A stretch of DNA of 64,000 nucleotides from Vermamoeba vermiformis (taxonomy: Eukaryota): positions 1 to 64,000 of the forward strand of contig JBEWZL010000077.1 of assembly GCA_045837725.1 (NCBI GenBank), in the 5' to 3' direction. Positions 36,701-48,943 of this stretch are shown one piece after another; position 1 is the first letter of the stretch, and every line of letters starts with the position of its first letter. The notes under the pieces were generated by a model. That model was given only the letters and a program-made list of their open reading frames with translations, had not been told where the DNA came from and did not search any database. Made by a program: the position numbers and the translations under genes.

Positions 36701-37867
36701 CGCATCGATCTTCCAACCCTCACAAGCGCTCACTGAAAGAATTTCTTGCGGATCAAGTTTCAATTCAACGTCTACAACTTCGAGCAACGGCATGTAACTG
36801 CATCGAAAAAAATAGCCGTTAGTTTATTCAGAGAATTTTGTGGTTGCATAATTTAAATTAAGGCGATGGTACTGAAAAGGCTATATAGAAGGTTTGATAC
36901 GTACTGGTACTTAATATTATTTTCGCCAAACGTAACAGCGAAATGTCTAAAGTCGTCCATGAGTTCTTTATTCTGTTTAAAACTTTAAAATAGAATATGT
37001 CAGTAAGATAATATTACGTAGAGTTAGCAACGTATTTAAAATCGTACGCGTTTAAGTCCTCTTCCTCCATTGCATCGTGGTCGTGGTCGCTGGCAGCAGA
37101 TCCGATAGAATTTGAAGATACGCCAAGAACTACGCTCAAATTAGCACATATTCAGCGTAATAAATATAAATCAACCATTGAGATTTGAAAATAATGACGG
37201 AATTTCAGCAAGTTGGTTTAGCGAAATAGATCCGAATAAGCTAGTACCTTTCTTGGGAGTAGTTTCTTTTGGCTTCGCCTTTCCATCAGCCTTTATAACA
37301 CCCCATCGTACAAATGAATCTATAATATGATCATATGAGACACGTCACAAATGCGATAATAGGACACGCACCATTTATCGCTTCTTCAACGATTTTATCA
37401 AGCTTGTCTTCGCAATAAACGGGTTCATCAGAGGCCGGTGAACATACCATGCAATATTCTAATAAAATAGGATAATATTAATAAGATTTTTTGACGATGG
37501 GACACGATAAAAAATCCCTCAAGAATTTTTATTTGAAGACCTTTCATTGAATAATTGTAGAGAGATAAAATGGAAATACGAAGCTTACCTGGATATTCAG
37601 CGGTAATAACTGAATAGAAATCAGATTTGTCTTTGTAGACGACATTGAACTGGACGTGATCTTCTTCTGCGACCAGATCTAAATCACAAACGGAATAAGT
37701 TAAGATAAATTTATTTTAACTTGCTAATTATGTATTTTTGATTTGGCACTGAAGTATTAAAAGACTCGATAGAGCCGTATTTGGTTACCTTTTACTGGTG
37801 AATCTGCAGCTGCGTATTTCTTTTGCAGTTCTTCGACTAAAGATAATAAAGCCTTTCTTCTGCTCAT
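33744..37867 (-). CDS. PARP6/PARP8-like mono-ADP-ribosyltransferase with internal UBA domain, multi-exon
   Basis: LNEYCVICDENH…KPAVCTRDLCCWSF, PLLQWIISSNRSHI, FAFHGSPIENWHSILRVGLKNASGTKLQLNGAAYGSGIY, CIALCE, CVITRFFFVY. UBA-like SLVQMGFAEEAAFNAVRATKNNFDAALDIL. Confidence 0.92.
34155..34228 (-). tRNA. tRNA-Ile(AAT), inside PARP intron
   Basis: GGCCGTTTAGCTCAGTTGGTTAGAGCATCGTGCT-AAT-AACGCGAGGGTCCCAGGTTCGATCCCTGGAATGGCCA folds as a cloverleaf, has A/B boxes and an oligo-T terminator just downstream. Confidence 0.97.
34484..34602 (-). rRNA. 5S rRNA (119 nt), inside PARP intron
   Basis: GGGCACGACCACAC…CCCGTCCGATCAGCGAAGTTAAGC…TTAGTACTGGGGTAGGAGACTACCTGGGAATC…GTGTTGTGCTCT. Terminal 9-bp helix I, followed by T-runs. 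Confidence 0.95.
34828..34901 (-). tRNA. tRNA-Val(TAC), inside PARP intron
   Basis: GGTTCAATGGTGTAGTCGGTTATCACATCTGCTT-TAC-ACGCAGTAGGTCCCCGGTTCGATTCCGGGTTGAACCA folds as a cloverleaf with a T7 terminator. Confidence 0.97.
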
Positions 37868-38474
37868 TTTATGTGCTCCTTTAAATAATTATAAATACAA
37901 CTAGCTGATCAAGTTTGCAAATATAGCTCTGAGGTTTTATTGCGCTTAAATTCGACTTTAAAGGCTTGGCGTGGTGCAACCAATAATAAAACAGCAACAA
38001 TAGATTTATTTAGGCATGCCAGTAGAAGTTTACGAATTGTCAGGCCTAAATTTTCTGGCTGAAAAAAAACGGAACGAGCTGTTTTGTGTTATGTGACGTA
38101 AAAATATCTTTAGTTGATCGTTGGTGGTTGTGATACACAATATTATAGTGTTTAGTATTGTTGCTATCACAATTTTCTGAAGCGAATTGTTCTAATCTAG
38201 ATCCACAATCAACCGTTACGCGTGCTAATCTGCCAAAGTGGGTATGTCAAATCTTCTTGTTTAATAAATTATATTTTGCATTGTTAATGTTTTATTAGTG
38301 CACGGTAGTAATTATTCAATTCTTTCATTCGTTATTTTTAATATTTCGGAAACTGATCAACCTCAGATCGAAACTAAATAACGTGCCATATTAATTTTAA
38401 AATCATATAAATAATTATCGCATTATAGTAACACTATAATAGAGGGACATCAAACGCGACATCGTATTGTGGAA

Positions 38475-41395
38475 ATGAACATCCCGGATGGACAACCAAT
38501 TCCTAATGAAAGGACACCAATAATTAATCACGGAGGCTCTTCTAATTATGGAGATTCACCTAACAATAGCGTGAGCTCGTATGACGATTGGGAGTACCCT
38601 GGATCTGGTTCCGTTGTAAAAGTAGATCACTTACAATATGCCGAAGAAATGCCAGAGTATGTTAATTAATGCATAATACTATTTAAATATCATGATAATA
38701 TTAATAATTAATTAGTAGTGAGTGTTATCATCACCTACAATTTTGATCGCTAAAAACGGCTCGATCCAAATTTTAGATGCCTGATTGCAATATAATTTTT
38801 ATTTCAGCTGAATATTAGTGATTATTTAGTACGACTACTTTCTTTCATTTTCGAAATTGAAAAAAGCGAAAAGAATACTCATCTGAATTTTCTATTTCAG
38901 ATCTGTTGCATCCGTAAACCACGACGATGGTCAAGTCGATCCAATTCAGTATCAAACAAACGAAATAGGCAAAAAAGAACGCGTATTTTACACAAATAAT
39001 AATCGAAAACACTTGGGTCAATTACGCGCGACTGCTATTGCTGGCAACGATATTACCTCATCAATTTTCTATACGGTAAGCACCATATCATATAAAGCGT
39101 TATATAAAGCGTAGTAATGATTATTATATGATAAACGAGTACTAAGGCGAATTTTTCAGGTTGGTGTCGCAACATTAGCTGCCGGAAAATGGACTCCTGT
39201 TTGTATGATTCTCGTAATTGTCGTACGTATATTTATATATGATACTATAGAGTCATAATTAAGCTTTATCGCGCATTAGGTATTATATTTGTTCCGTACA
39301 GTCTATTCTGAAGTTTGTACTGCGTTGCCTTTGAACGGAGGCACTTACAACGTCTTGTTAAATACTACATCAAAGTAAGTAATATATTTACAGGTATAAG
39401 CGGAATATTAGGCTAATTAACGATGTAGATCCGTTGCTGCTGTTGCCGCTGCTTTGTCTCTATTATCATATTTGGCTACTGCAGTAGTTAGCGCTAATTC
39501 CGCCGCCAGTTACGCAGCAGCATTATACCCGCCATTAGGAGACGATGGCGTTTTCTGGGTACGCCTCTAACGATTTTCTTGCCGATCCGTTACACGCTAA
39601 CCAGATCTTGTAGGGAACAATCGTTATTCTCGGAATTTTTGCCTTGTTGAATTTGATGGGTCTCAGCGAGTCAGCTAACGTTGCTTTGGGTATTTTCTTG
39701 GCCCATTTGGCTACGTTGTTGGTCTTGTCTGTATTTTGCGTTATCTACTTGGTTCAAGATTGGAGTTTGTTTGTCGTACGTCTTAAATAATACCCTTTAA
39801 GTGATATATGACTCTAATTTATTACAATTCTAGCAAAATTGGAACACTGATACTGGAACCAGCATTGCATCGTCAATTTATTTCGGTTTCTCAACCGCAC
39901 TTTTGGGAGTCAGTGGCTTCGAGGTAAATAGCCAAAATACATAGTGTATCACGTGACATGATTCTAATTGGGACCTATTAGAGTTCTGCTAACTATATCG
40001 AAGAACAAAAAGACGGTGTGTACCCCAAGACCCTCCGAAACATGTGGCTTTGCATTGCTTTTTTCAACCCTTTGATCAGGTACCTAACAAATACTAATCT
40101 AATTATAGTTAATGCTATGATACTAACGGACACGACTTGAAGCATTTTGGCACTCGGCTTGTTGCCCATTGGTGTCATTTGGCAAGACAGCACCTCAGTC
40201 TTGGCTAAGATGGCTGAGGTCTCAACGCACGGTCAACGTTGGTTGTCCATGTGGGTCAGTATTGACGCTATTGTCGTGTTGTCGGGTGGTGTCTTGACGA
40301 GCTACGTCGGTGTTACTGGTTTGGCGCGCAACATGAGCAGCGACAGATGCTTGCCGCAATTTTTGTTGCGAAAGAACTCTATTCGTGGAACTAACCACTG
40401 GATCATCATTGGATTCTTTGGCTTGACTTTCTCATTGATGTTGATTACTGGTGGAAAGGTTCAAACTCTCGGTAAGATCGGATGCGGCTATAGTCCTTCG
40501 AGAAAAAAACGTTGCTAATAATGTATATTATAGGTGGTGTATACACTATTGCTTTCTTGTCAGTTATGACGTTGTTCTCAATTGGTAACTTGATGGTCAA
40601 GTACAAGCGAAACCGCATCCCGAGACAGATCAAGTAAGCCTTTAATTTAAATTTAGCTATTTATGTATGTGGTTCTAATACGTTTTAATTTATAGGGCAA
40701 GCTGGTTTACCGTTATCTTCGGTATTCTTGCAGTCGTGGCTGGTCTTATCGGCAACATCGTGTTCGATCCAATTATTATGGCTTACTTCATGATCTACTT
40801 CTCTGGCGTCATGCTCATCGTCTTCTTGATGTTCGCTCGTGTTAGATTACTGAAGATGTTGCTCTATTTCATGCGCAAGACTACAACTTGCTATCGGTTG
40901 TGTGGTGGTTGGATCAAGCGTGAAGGTCGACGAGTTAAATCGCAAGAAATCGTTTTCTTCGCTAAGACTGACGATATTGACATCTTGAATAAGGTATAGT
41001 ATTTATATTCAATAGTATGCTGTTTCTAATGGACTTTTCAGGCTGTTTTGTACGTGCTGGAAAACGAAATTACAAACTGCTTGAAAATCGTTCATGTTTA
41101 CGAAGAAGAGCGCGGAATTCCACCTCATTTGGAGGAGAACGTTCGCGTATTAGATAAGATCTATCCTAAGCTCAAGATTGATTTGGTAAGCCGTTAAGAT
41201 CAGCTCGATTCAAGCAAATTCTAATAATGATTATTATGCTAGGTCTTGATTAAGGGTGAATTTACTCCTACATTAGTGGATAGCTTGTCGAATTATTTGC
41301 AAGTCCCCAAGAACTTCATGTTTATTACTTGCCCGAGTGACAGATTCCCTCACACGATCGACAAGTTTGGTGGTGTTCGTGTTGTCACCCATTAA
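38475..41395 (+). CDS. APC-superfamily amino acid permease with C-terminal cytosolic domain, multi-exon
   Basis: LGQLRATAIAGNDITSSIFY, LPLNGGTYNVLLNT, LLGVSGFESSANYIEEQ, VLSGGVLTSYVG, DRCLPQFLL, VPKNFMFITCP…GGVRVVTH*. Confidence 0.9.
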
Positions 41396-41548
41396 TTTTG
41401 CGTAATTTTAAAATAAAAAATTATTTATTGAATACGTTGGGACAATTTTTGGTGTCTTTTCCTTAGCTGCGTTTACCGCGTCTTGTTTGAATATTTTTCT
41501 GTTGTGCGTGGAAGCCAGAACTATTTATTTACTATCTATACCTCCACA

Positions 41549-44500
41549 ATGGACAAGTTTACGTTTAATTTTGGTTCAACGGAGCCTGAGGAAGAGATTC
41601 CAACGCAATTAGAAGGCGTGATCTTCTCCTTTGTTCCTGCACCTGCAAGCGAGTTGACTCAAATGGAAAAAGATTATCAAAATTATTTACAAGAGTGGGA
41701 TAATATCAAGAAGCTTTCAACTGAACAACAAATGGATTTACTGACGAGATCATCTGCTTTTATTAAAAACGTAAAACCTGGCCAATTTAATATCGATAAA
41801 TTTGCGGATAAGATGGAACAGCTCTACAATGGCTTAGACGAGAAAATCAAGTATGTATTAATTTTTTGGTATTTTTTAGGCCATTTTTTATTCCTTATTC
41901 ATTTTTCTGACTACTGACACGTTATTATAAGAATCAAATTCTACAAGTTATTTAAACGTATTGTGCCACGAAGATTCCCAGGTCTTGAGCTCGGTCTGGA
42001 GAACAGATTGGCTTCCAAGAATCCACAGGAGCTCGAGTTCGGCCTTGTTTTATTTTCAATGTTTGTCCAGTAAGTATCTCCTCGAAGATTTAGCTTAATT
42101 CGTACTTAAGAAGTCTATACTGAGCGATTCCTTTTTAATATATAGGCTGGGTATCGGCCTCCAAGCAGATCTACTTGCTATTCTTACGAAGTACATTCCA
42201 ATCTTCAAAAATATCGTAGACGCACATTTATCAGGCACTGGAGTATTACAGAACCAGTCGACAATGTATTTGTGCTTAAGAAAGATTAGCTCGGTAAGAT
42301 CCGCTAATTTTTTTCGGTATCGCTAATCCCTTCCTAATCTACCAGGCGATAAAATTTGTTCCGAGAAACAATAACCAGGCAGTTGTCAAGGGATTTTCAG
42401 AAATCTACGAGAACGTCGTTGCAACTATTCTCCCTCTCAAAAATTATCCGACAAATGAACCCGAACAAAATTTATGGTGGAAAATTCGATCAAGCATTTG
42501 CAGGTGCCTTAATTTTTACGGGTAAGCTACTATTAAATTATTACAAGCATTAATCTTATCTTGTTATGTTATCTTATAGCCACACAAGAAAAATACCGGG
42601 ATCTGTTTCTCTCCATTTTGTTGAATTCTTCGATTACATTACCGAACAAAAAATTGCGATTCCAGGAGAAGAACAGAAGCATATTCTATTTGCGATGCTA
42701 AATTTGTAAGTACTAATCTAAATTCTTTGTGCACAATACTAAATTGGAATAATAATCTTAATTTATTATAAATAGGTCTCAATACGGAAAGGAAACTCTC
42801 AAAAAAATTATGAATTATTGGGATTGGATCATTTTGCCGGGCATGAGGTTTAAGCTCGAAGACATTACAAACGTTGATCAAATTGAACGCGCCGTAGAGA
42901 GGATTAGAAAAGACGAAGACGTGTTTGGTAAGATAAATATAATTTTTTTTATTGAATAGTGCGCAAAAAGTTTGTAATTGACAATGGTTTGTTTGCAGTT
43001 GAATCGTATGCCACGGCCATTGTCTCTCAGTTATTAACTCATACAATGCGAGCTCGTGTTGTTGAAAGAATGATACAAGGCCTAAACAGGTAATCCAATT
43101 CAAGAATTTTATTTCCGAAGTTTTCATCAGATCCGTTCAGAAGAATTCGTCACACGCAAAGCAATCAAACTAATGTAATATCATTTGCTTAGCGAGGATG
43201 TGTCGGTCAAATGTGCAATGTTTAGACTATTGCCCGAGTTGTTCGTTAAAGCGGACTATGCACGTGATCACCTGGATAAAATTATCAAAACAATTTTGAT
43301 TCCCGGCCTAGAGCACAGCAACATGGCTGTTAGAGCTCTCGTAAGAATATACCAAATATGGAAACTTAATCGTTAATTAACTATTATTTCCTAATAAGGC
43401 TTGCTTAGCCCTATCCTCGCTGAATTCGAAATCAAAGGCGCATTTGAAGCCGATTTTGCCTTCGTTGGTCGACAAATTGTTCGATCTTTTATCGCACGAT
43501 AAACTCTACGTCAAATTTTACGCCATTAAAGCACTCAATCGATTCGCAGTTAAATTGGCTGGTGAACGTAAGCAAAAAATAACAACTTTTATTAAATTCG
43601 TGTAAATATTTAACTTTTTAATATCAAAAGGTTTGATTGAATCGAAGATCTTAGAGAGTCATATACGAGGTTAGTAGAGTCACTGATGACGTTTTAATTC
43701 ATTGCTAACCCGCATAAGAAATCGCTGCTGTCAACAATTTGGTACCGCTACAGAATATTAGCGCGTTGTTGACTTCAGATGTGTTCGTCAATCATGCTCC
43801 AATGTTCCTGAAAGATACTGTACGTGAAAATTCAACTTTACTATCAACGGACCTGAGCTCTCGATAATATTATTACAAATTTTACTACGTTTGAAATACT
43901 TGCCTAATTAGGGTTAATTTTATCTCTGCAGTTGAGACGAGCATGTGATTTGGTGGCCGTGGCAGATGACGATAAGACCATGGAAGCATCAGAGTATTTC
44001 CTGTTCGCGAAAGATATTTTCATGAACGATCGTGTTGTTGCCAGCCAAGCGACCCTGCAAGCCATCGAACCAATCATAGTTCAAATGCTCGAGCACCCAG
44101 TATTCAAACGAGCCAACTTTGCCGATGAAGTGAATGTGCTCGGCGATATCTTGGACGTGTTGGGATTTGCCACGTTTCATATTCCACTCATTACTAAGGA
44201 GTTCTGGGACGCGTTCAGAGTCATTTTTGACTTGTTCCAGCGCATTGAAGTGGAGCAGTGTGAAGGTAAGTGTTCATTGAAAATTGGACGTGGATATCAA
44301 TCAAAAATGTGAATGCGCAAACGTTAGCGCAAATAATTTAATTATCTATTTAAAATTATGCACTGTGGATTAATTAATGGTTTATGGCAGAGTTCTTGGT
44401 TCCGATTGGCAATTACATTTCACGCGCTCCCGAACATTTCTTGCAGATCCCGAACGGTGTCAATGTCGTACTTGAAAAGATCAACACGATGAATTTGACG

Positions 44501-46064
44501 GAAGAATTGACGGGCTGGGAGTTTGTCGTCGAAGTGCTGTCTAACCTCGGAAAGGTAATCGACCACCAATCTTTGCAACAATTTCGACAGATCGTTCTAA
44601 CATTTCCATATTTAGTCTGAACCAAAATTGGTCAGTGGAGCTCTTGACATTGCCGTGAAAGTTATGGAAGAGCGTCCACGAAAAAATGTTTTGTTGCACA
44701 TGTTCCGTGCTGTAAGTACCGTTCAGTGAACGATTGGTTCATGAACCTTAGGCACAATTTCATTAATTTTGTTTGCAGATTTGGGCAGCAATGTATATTG
44801 ACCCACGAGTGACGCTTCAAAAACTTGATGCAAAACAACCTAATTGGTGGAAAAAATGGGAGTCAGTGCGAGGCAAGGCTGAAACCGCATTTGGTCATGT
44901 CGGAAAAAAGATTGTTACGCTGGGCATGATTTCGTTGATTTCACTGAACCTTGTCGTTGACGTGCCTAAGCCGGTGGTCTCTCAAACTGAAGGCTTTGCA
45001 CAAATTTTTAAGCAACTAGTTCCGCTCTTGGCCGCACTACAAGATTTTGAGAGTAAGACGCAATCCTATTTCCTTTTAAAGAAAAATTTCAGCGTCATCG
45101 AAAACTATCTCCTAATGAGAAATTTCCTTTTTTAGGCGTGGATTACATTGCTCCTATTTCAAAAATGGCAGTCCAATCAGCCGAGTCTGAGGCACTTCGA
45201 GCCGAGGCCAAAAAACGAGGTAAAAACTAATTTAATAGCGATATAATTTTCATGCAAATATCCTATTAGATATATTTTGCAATACCAGCTTATCGTTAGC
45301 GGATCTGATCCACTATTCGTAGAATTTTCGTGTTCAAATACAAGTTTACTAATTGAGTGATTATATAGCTCCTATCAAAGCCGATGATGATGACCTGGAT
45401 GTCAATTTTGACGACGACGACGATGACGACGATGTGATCGACTTCAACGGCGATCCAAACGATCCTTTGCAACAATTCGACGAGGTTCATGAACAGCTTG
45501 AAATCATGGACGATGAGAATGAAAATGATCAGGATCTGCTGCAACAGATGAATGACTTCCTTGGAAATGACGATGACGGGGATGAAGACGGAGGTAAGTC
45601 CAATTACTTTAATTTTATTATTTCCTTATTTGGTAATAATAATCGACTGCTTTCGTAGTGGAGGAAATTGAAGACCAAAATGAATCTGTTTTGCTCAAGG
45701 TGGACCACTTGATGCTTTTGTTCAATGTTAGAAAGAGTACGTATTGTATAATATGCATTTTTGTTGCCTTTACAAAAGAGTTTTTTCTGCGTAGCGGATC
45801 TAATCCGTTTTACTTTCAGACGATCCGAGTAAATTTGATACAATTCTTGGTGCACTTGACGAAGAAGAGCGCATTGCCATTGAAGAGCACCTAAAGCGAG
45901 TAAAAATTGGCCCGAAGTCATTGCTGGATCAAGCGATCGAGTTTGTCGGCCGACATTATGAACGATATGAAACGGATCCGAATATGAAGCGATTGAACAG
46001 AGATGTTATGGAGCGCATTAATAAGTGGCTTGTTACTCCGCAACCGTTGCCAGAGAAGATATAA
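41549..46064 (+). CDS. Divergent importin-7/8-like HEAT/ARM-repeat protein with acidic tract, multi-exon
   Basis: LWWKIRSSICRCLNFYG (cf. importin-7 WWKCKKWA…YG), FLVPIGNYISRAPEHFL, AAMYIDP, KKIVTLGMISL, D/E-rich C-terminal region. Confidence 0.7.
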
Positions 46065-46157
46065 ACAAAGACCGCCAAATTTCCTTCAGCCCGCCTATTT
46101 TTGCGTTTGACAAAAAATAAGGTCTATTTCTTAATTATTTACTTAATAGGTCCATCA

Positions 46158-48722
46158 TGGCCAATAGTTCAGCTCTTGAAACATCGGCGGCGTTTGGTAA
46201 TCATTTTCTGAATTTTTGTAGTGGAAAATCTGCATTTAACACTAATTCTATTTATTTTAACCAACAAATATTCTCACTGATTACTAAAAGCGCAATTATA
46301 CCTTAATTAATTTTAAGATGATTTAGAAATGTCGGAGGAAAGAAAAGCCTATTGGACTGAAGCGATGAAAATACCCTTTTGGAAAGCCGCAGGCGAGCGG
46401 ACAGAGAATGCTGAAGCTTTAGGCTACGAAAGGTAAGATTTGATTTGTCCTCTATAGGGTTATCTTACTGTGCCTAGTGTTGAAGAGTTTTTTGCTCGGA
46501 GGAAGATAAGACCTGCGTGGTTCAAGCTGAAAAAGCAGTGTGTAGGTCAAATTTCTGCTTTTATTTATTGCCAAAATATCGATTGTTCCTGGATCGAAAT
46601 GGACAAAAAACTCAATGCGTTCCTCAGTACTGTTTTGAAAGTACGTCATTATTAAGCTCGACTAGGAAACCTTTCATTAAGTACGTTAATTTGCCAATAC
46701 CTAGGAAGTAAATCGAGCCGAAAAATCACAGAAAGAAGTGCTACAAGCGCTTCAAGAGCACGTGTCTAAGTTGGTAAGTGCGTCGGTCCTTGTGCGTTAA
46801 AATATTACTCCTTTTTTAGCCTGCCTCAATGCTGCATCTCTTTCCTCCAGACTTTGACTTGGAATTGCATTCAATGTACAGGGGTCTCGCCACTCCCAAT
46901 GAACTTCGCAAGGGCATGAGTGAGATGTCGTACGATATTGTCGTATTTTCGTCTATTTTGCATCGGTACTTTTTGTATTCGTTTCCTTTTACCAGGTAAG
47001 GCAACAGCCGTCATAATTAGTACTATCTTTTTAGAAAAAATTACTTAAAAATTGAATATCAGTCAAACAATCAATCACCGATTATCTTCAGTGTGAGGTA
47101 GCTGAGCGTCAGGAGCCCGACTTTGCGCTCTATAAAGACGAAGACGGCAAAAGAACAATTTTTTTGGTCTGCGAACACGGAGAGCAAGAGGAGCATGCGA
47201 CAAATCACAAGGACTTGCTGAAACTGCTTGACACATTGCAAAGTGTCATAATGAAGCGAGTTCTACGTTACCCGTCGTGCAGCAAGGTGGCGTATGGCGT
47301 TCTGTGCGGTGGCAACAAAATGACTATGTTCCGCATGGAGTACAACAAAGAAGGGGACTACTGCACCTGCTATTTTTTGGGACAACATCAGAGTGACATG
47401 TACACGGCCTCGCTGGATCTGACCGACATTGACAAGCTGTTGCGCTGCTGTATCTTGATCACACTTGAAGGCAAGATGTTGCAACTGGGCAAAGCCAAAA
47501 CAGGTCCTGAGCCTTCCTCATCTGGTAGCAAACCACCATTAGTCGACGCTAAGGCAGCTTCTGTTGGGATGGGAAAAAGAAGAAGAAACAGAGGCACACA
47601 CCACGCATAGAGATCAAGAGCCCCAAGCCGCAACGCAGCGAGCGGACTGAGACGCAACCTCGAGCGAATGAATCTGACAAACAATAATAACACCAATGCT
47701 TTTCCAGCAACGAATACTCAAACCAAAGATAATGACAAAGATAAGCGAAAACAAGAGAGGGAGAAAAAGAAACAAGAGCAAAATGAAATGTTGGAGGCAA
47801 TTACCAAGAACAAGTTGTGTAACAAGTTTGTCGTACTTGAGCAGCTCACACGAAAAGTTTATCGGGTTGGTTTTAGCGATCGTAAATACGTGGCAAAGGT
47901 AAGCGTAAATCGCCCCTGAAATCCAAATTAACTTTGAATGCTTAGTTCTACTTCACTTCAGACGCGAAGTCAGAGGAGGAGTTGATTTTGGAGCAGCTAA
48001 GTGACAAGTTTTTGAAGCCAGTTGATAGTTTCAAAGTATCTGACGAGATTCGATGCGCGATATTTCCGTACATTGAAAATCACACCTGGCTACTACGACA
48101 TCAATTTGCGAACAGCACTCGCTCCGTCTTATTGGCTCTAGCTGAATTGCACAGCAAGAACATCGCTCACTGCGACGTCAAGTACTCGAATGTGGTGTTT
48201 GGTGAAGAGGAAACGTATCTAATCGACTTTGATTTGGCCCTTTGTGATCCAGGTACAATTGTATTACAGTATTGTAGAACCTGATCTAACTCAGTACAGA
48301 CGAGTGGGCATCATCTTTTAGAGGTACTTTTGGATACAGAGCACCGGAGACGATAAGAACAGGGGACATATCGTGCAAAAGTGATATTTACTCATTTGGA
48401 ATCTTTCTGTTTGAGCTTGCAAGAAAGTGTGGAATTTACGACATGCCCGAAGAACTTGCTGATGAGGATGAACTGGTGATGGCTCGCAATATTCGTATTG
48501 CAATCAAAAGGTATTGATGTTGCGTCACACAAACGCTTATTAATGACGTTTCGTAGACTCGCTTTGCGATCGCCCTGGCATGCAGAAATTGTTGCCACCA
48601 TTGAAAAGTGCATGAATGAGGACCCTAATCTGCGTCCAAGTGCAGAAGAGCTCTTGTCAGAACCGTTTTTGAGTCAAGCAGCTGATCACTGGCCCAGCCA
48701 GGCAGTCACGCACAATGAATGA
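46158..48722 (+). pseudogene. PD-(D/E)XK-like nuclease + protein kinase gene (Crinkler/CR-effector-like), disrupted
   Basis: GMSEMSYD…EPDFAL…LVCEH…KDLLKL…AYGVLCGG nuclease-like motif, then kinase [40 protein letters not shown]. In-frame TAG at 47608-47610 and frameshifts near 47065 and 48479. Confidence 0.6.
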
Positions 48723-48943
48723 AGCAGCGCTCGAATTGGCTGCCTTTCAACAAGTACCAATTGTATAGTGTACAGAGAGAAGCACATGGCAGTGCGTAAT
48801 GTTAATATGTACGGATATTGTTAGTATGTATGGATATTGTTTATATGTAAACGGATATTGTTTAATTATCAGCGAATTGTAAGTAAATAAAATTGTTATC
48901 AAGAACAACAGAAATAAACAATTTACTCGCTATATACAATTAA

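Noticed and set aside
48808-48865. Three GGATATTGTT repeats
   Set aside because: Degenerate short tandem repeat in a 3' UTR with no unique spacers; not a CRISPR array.
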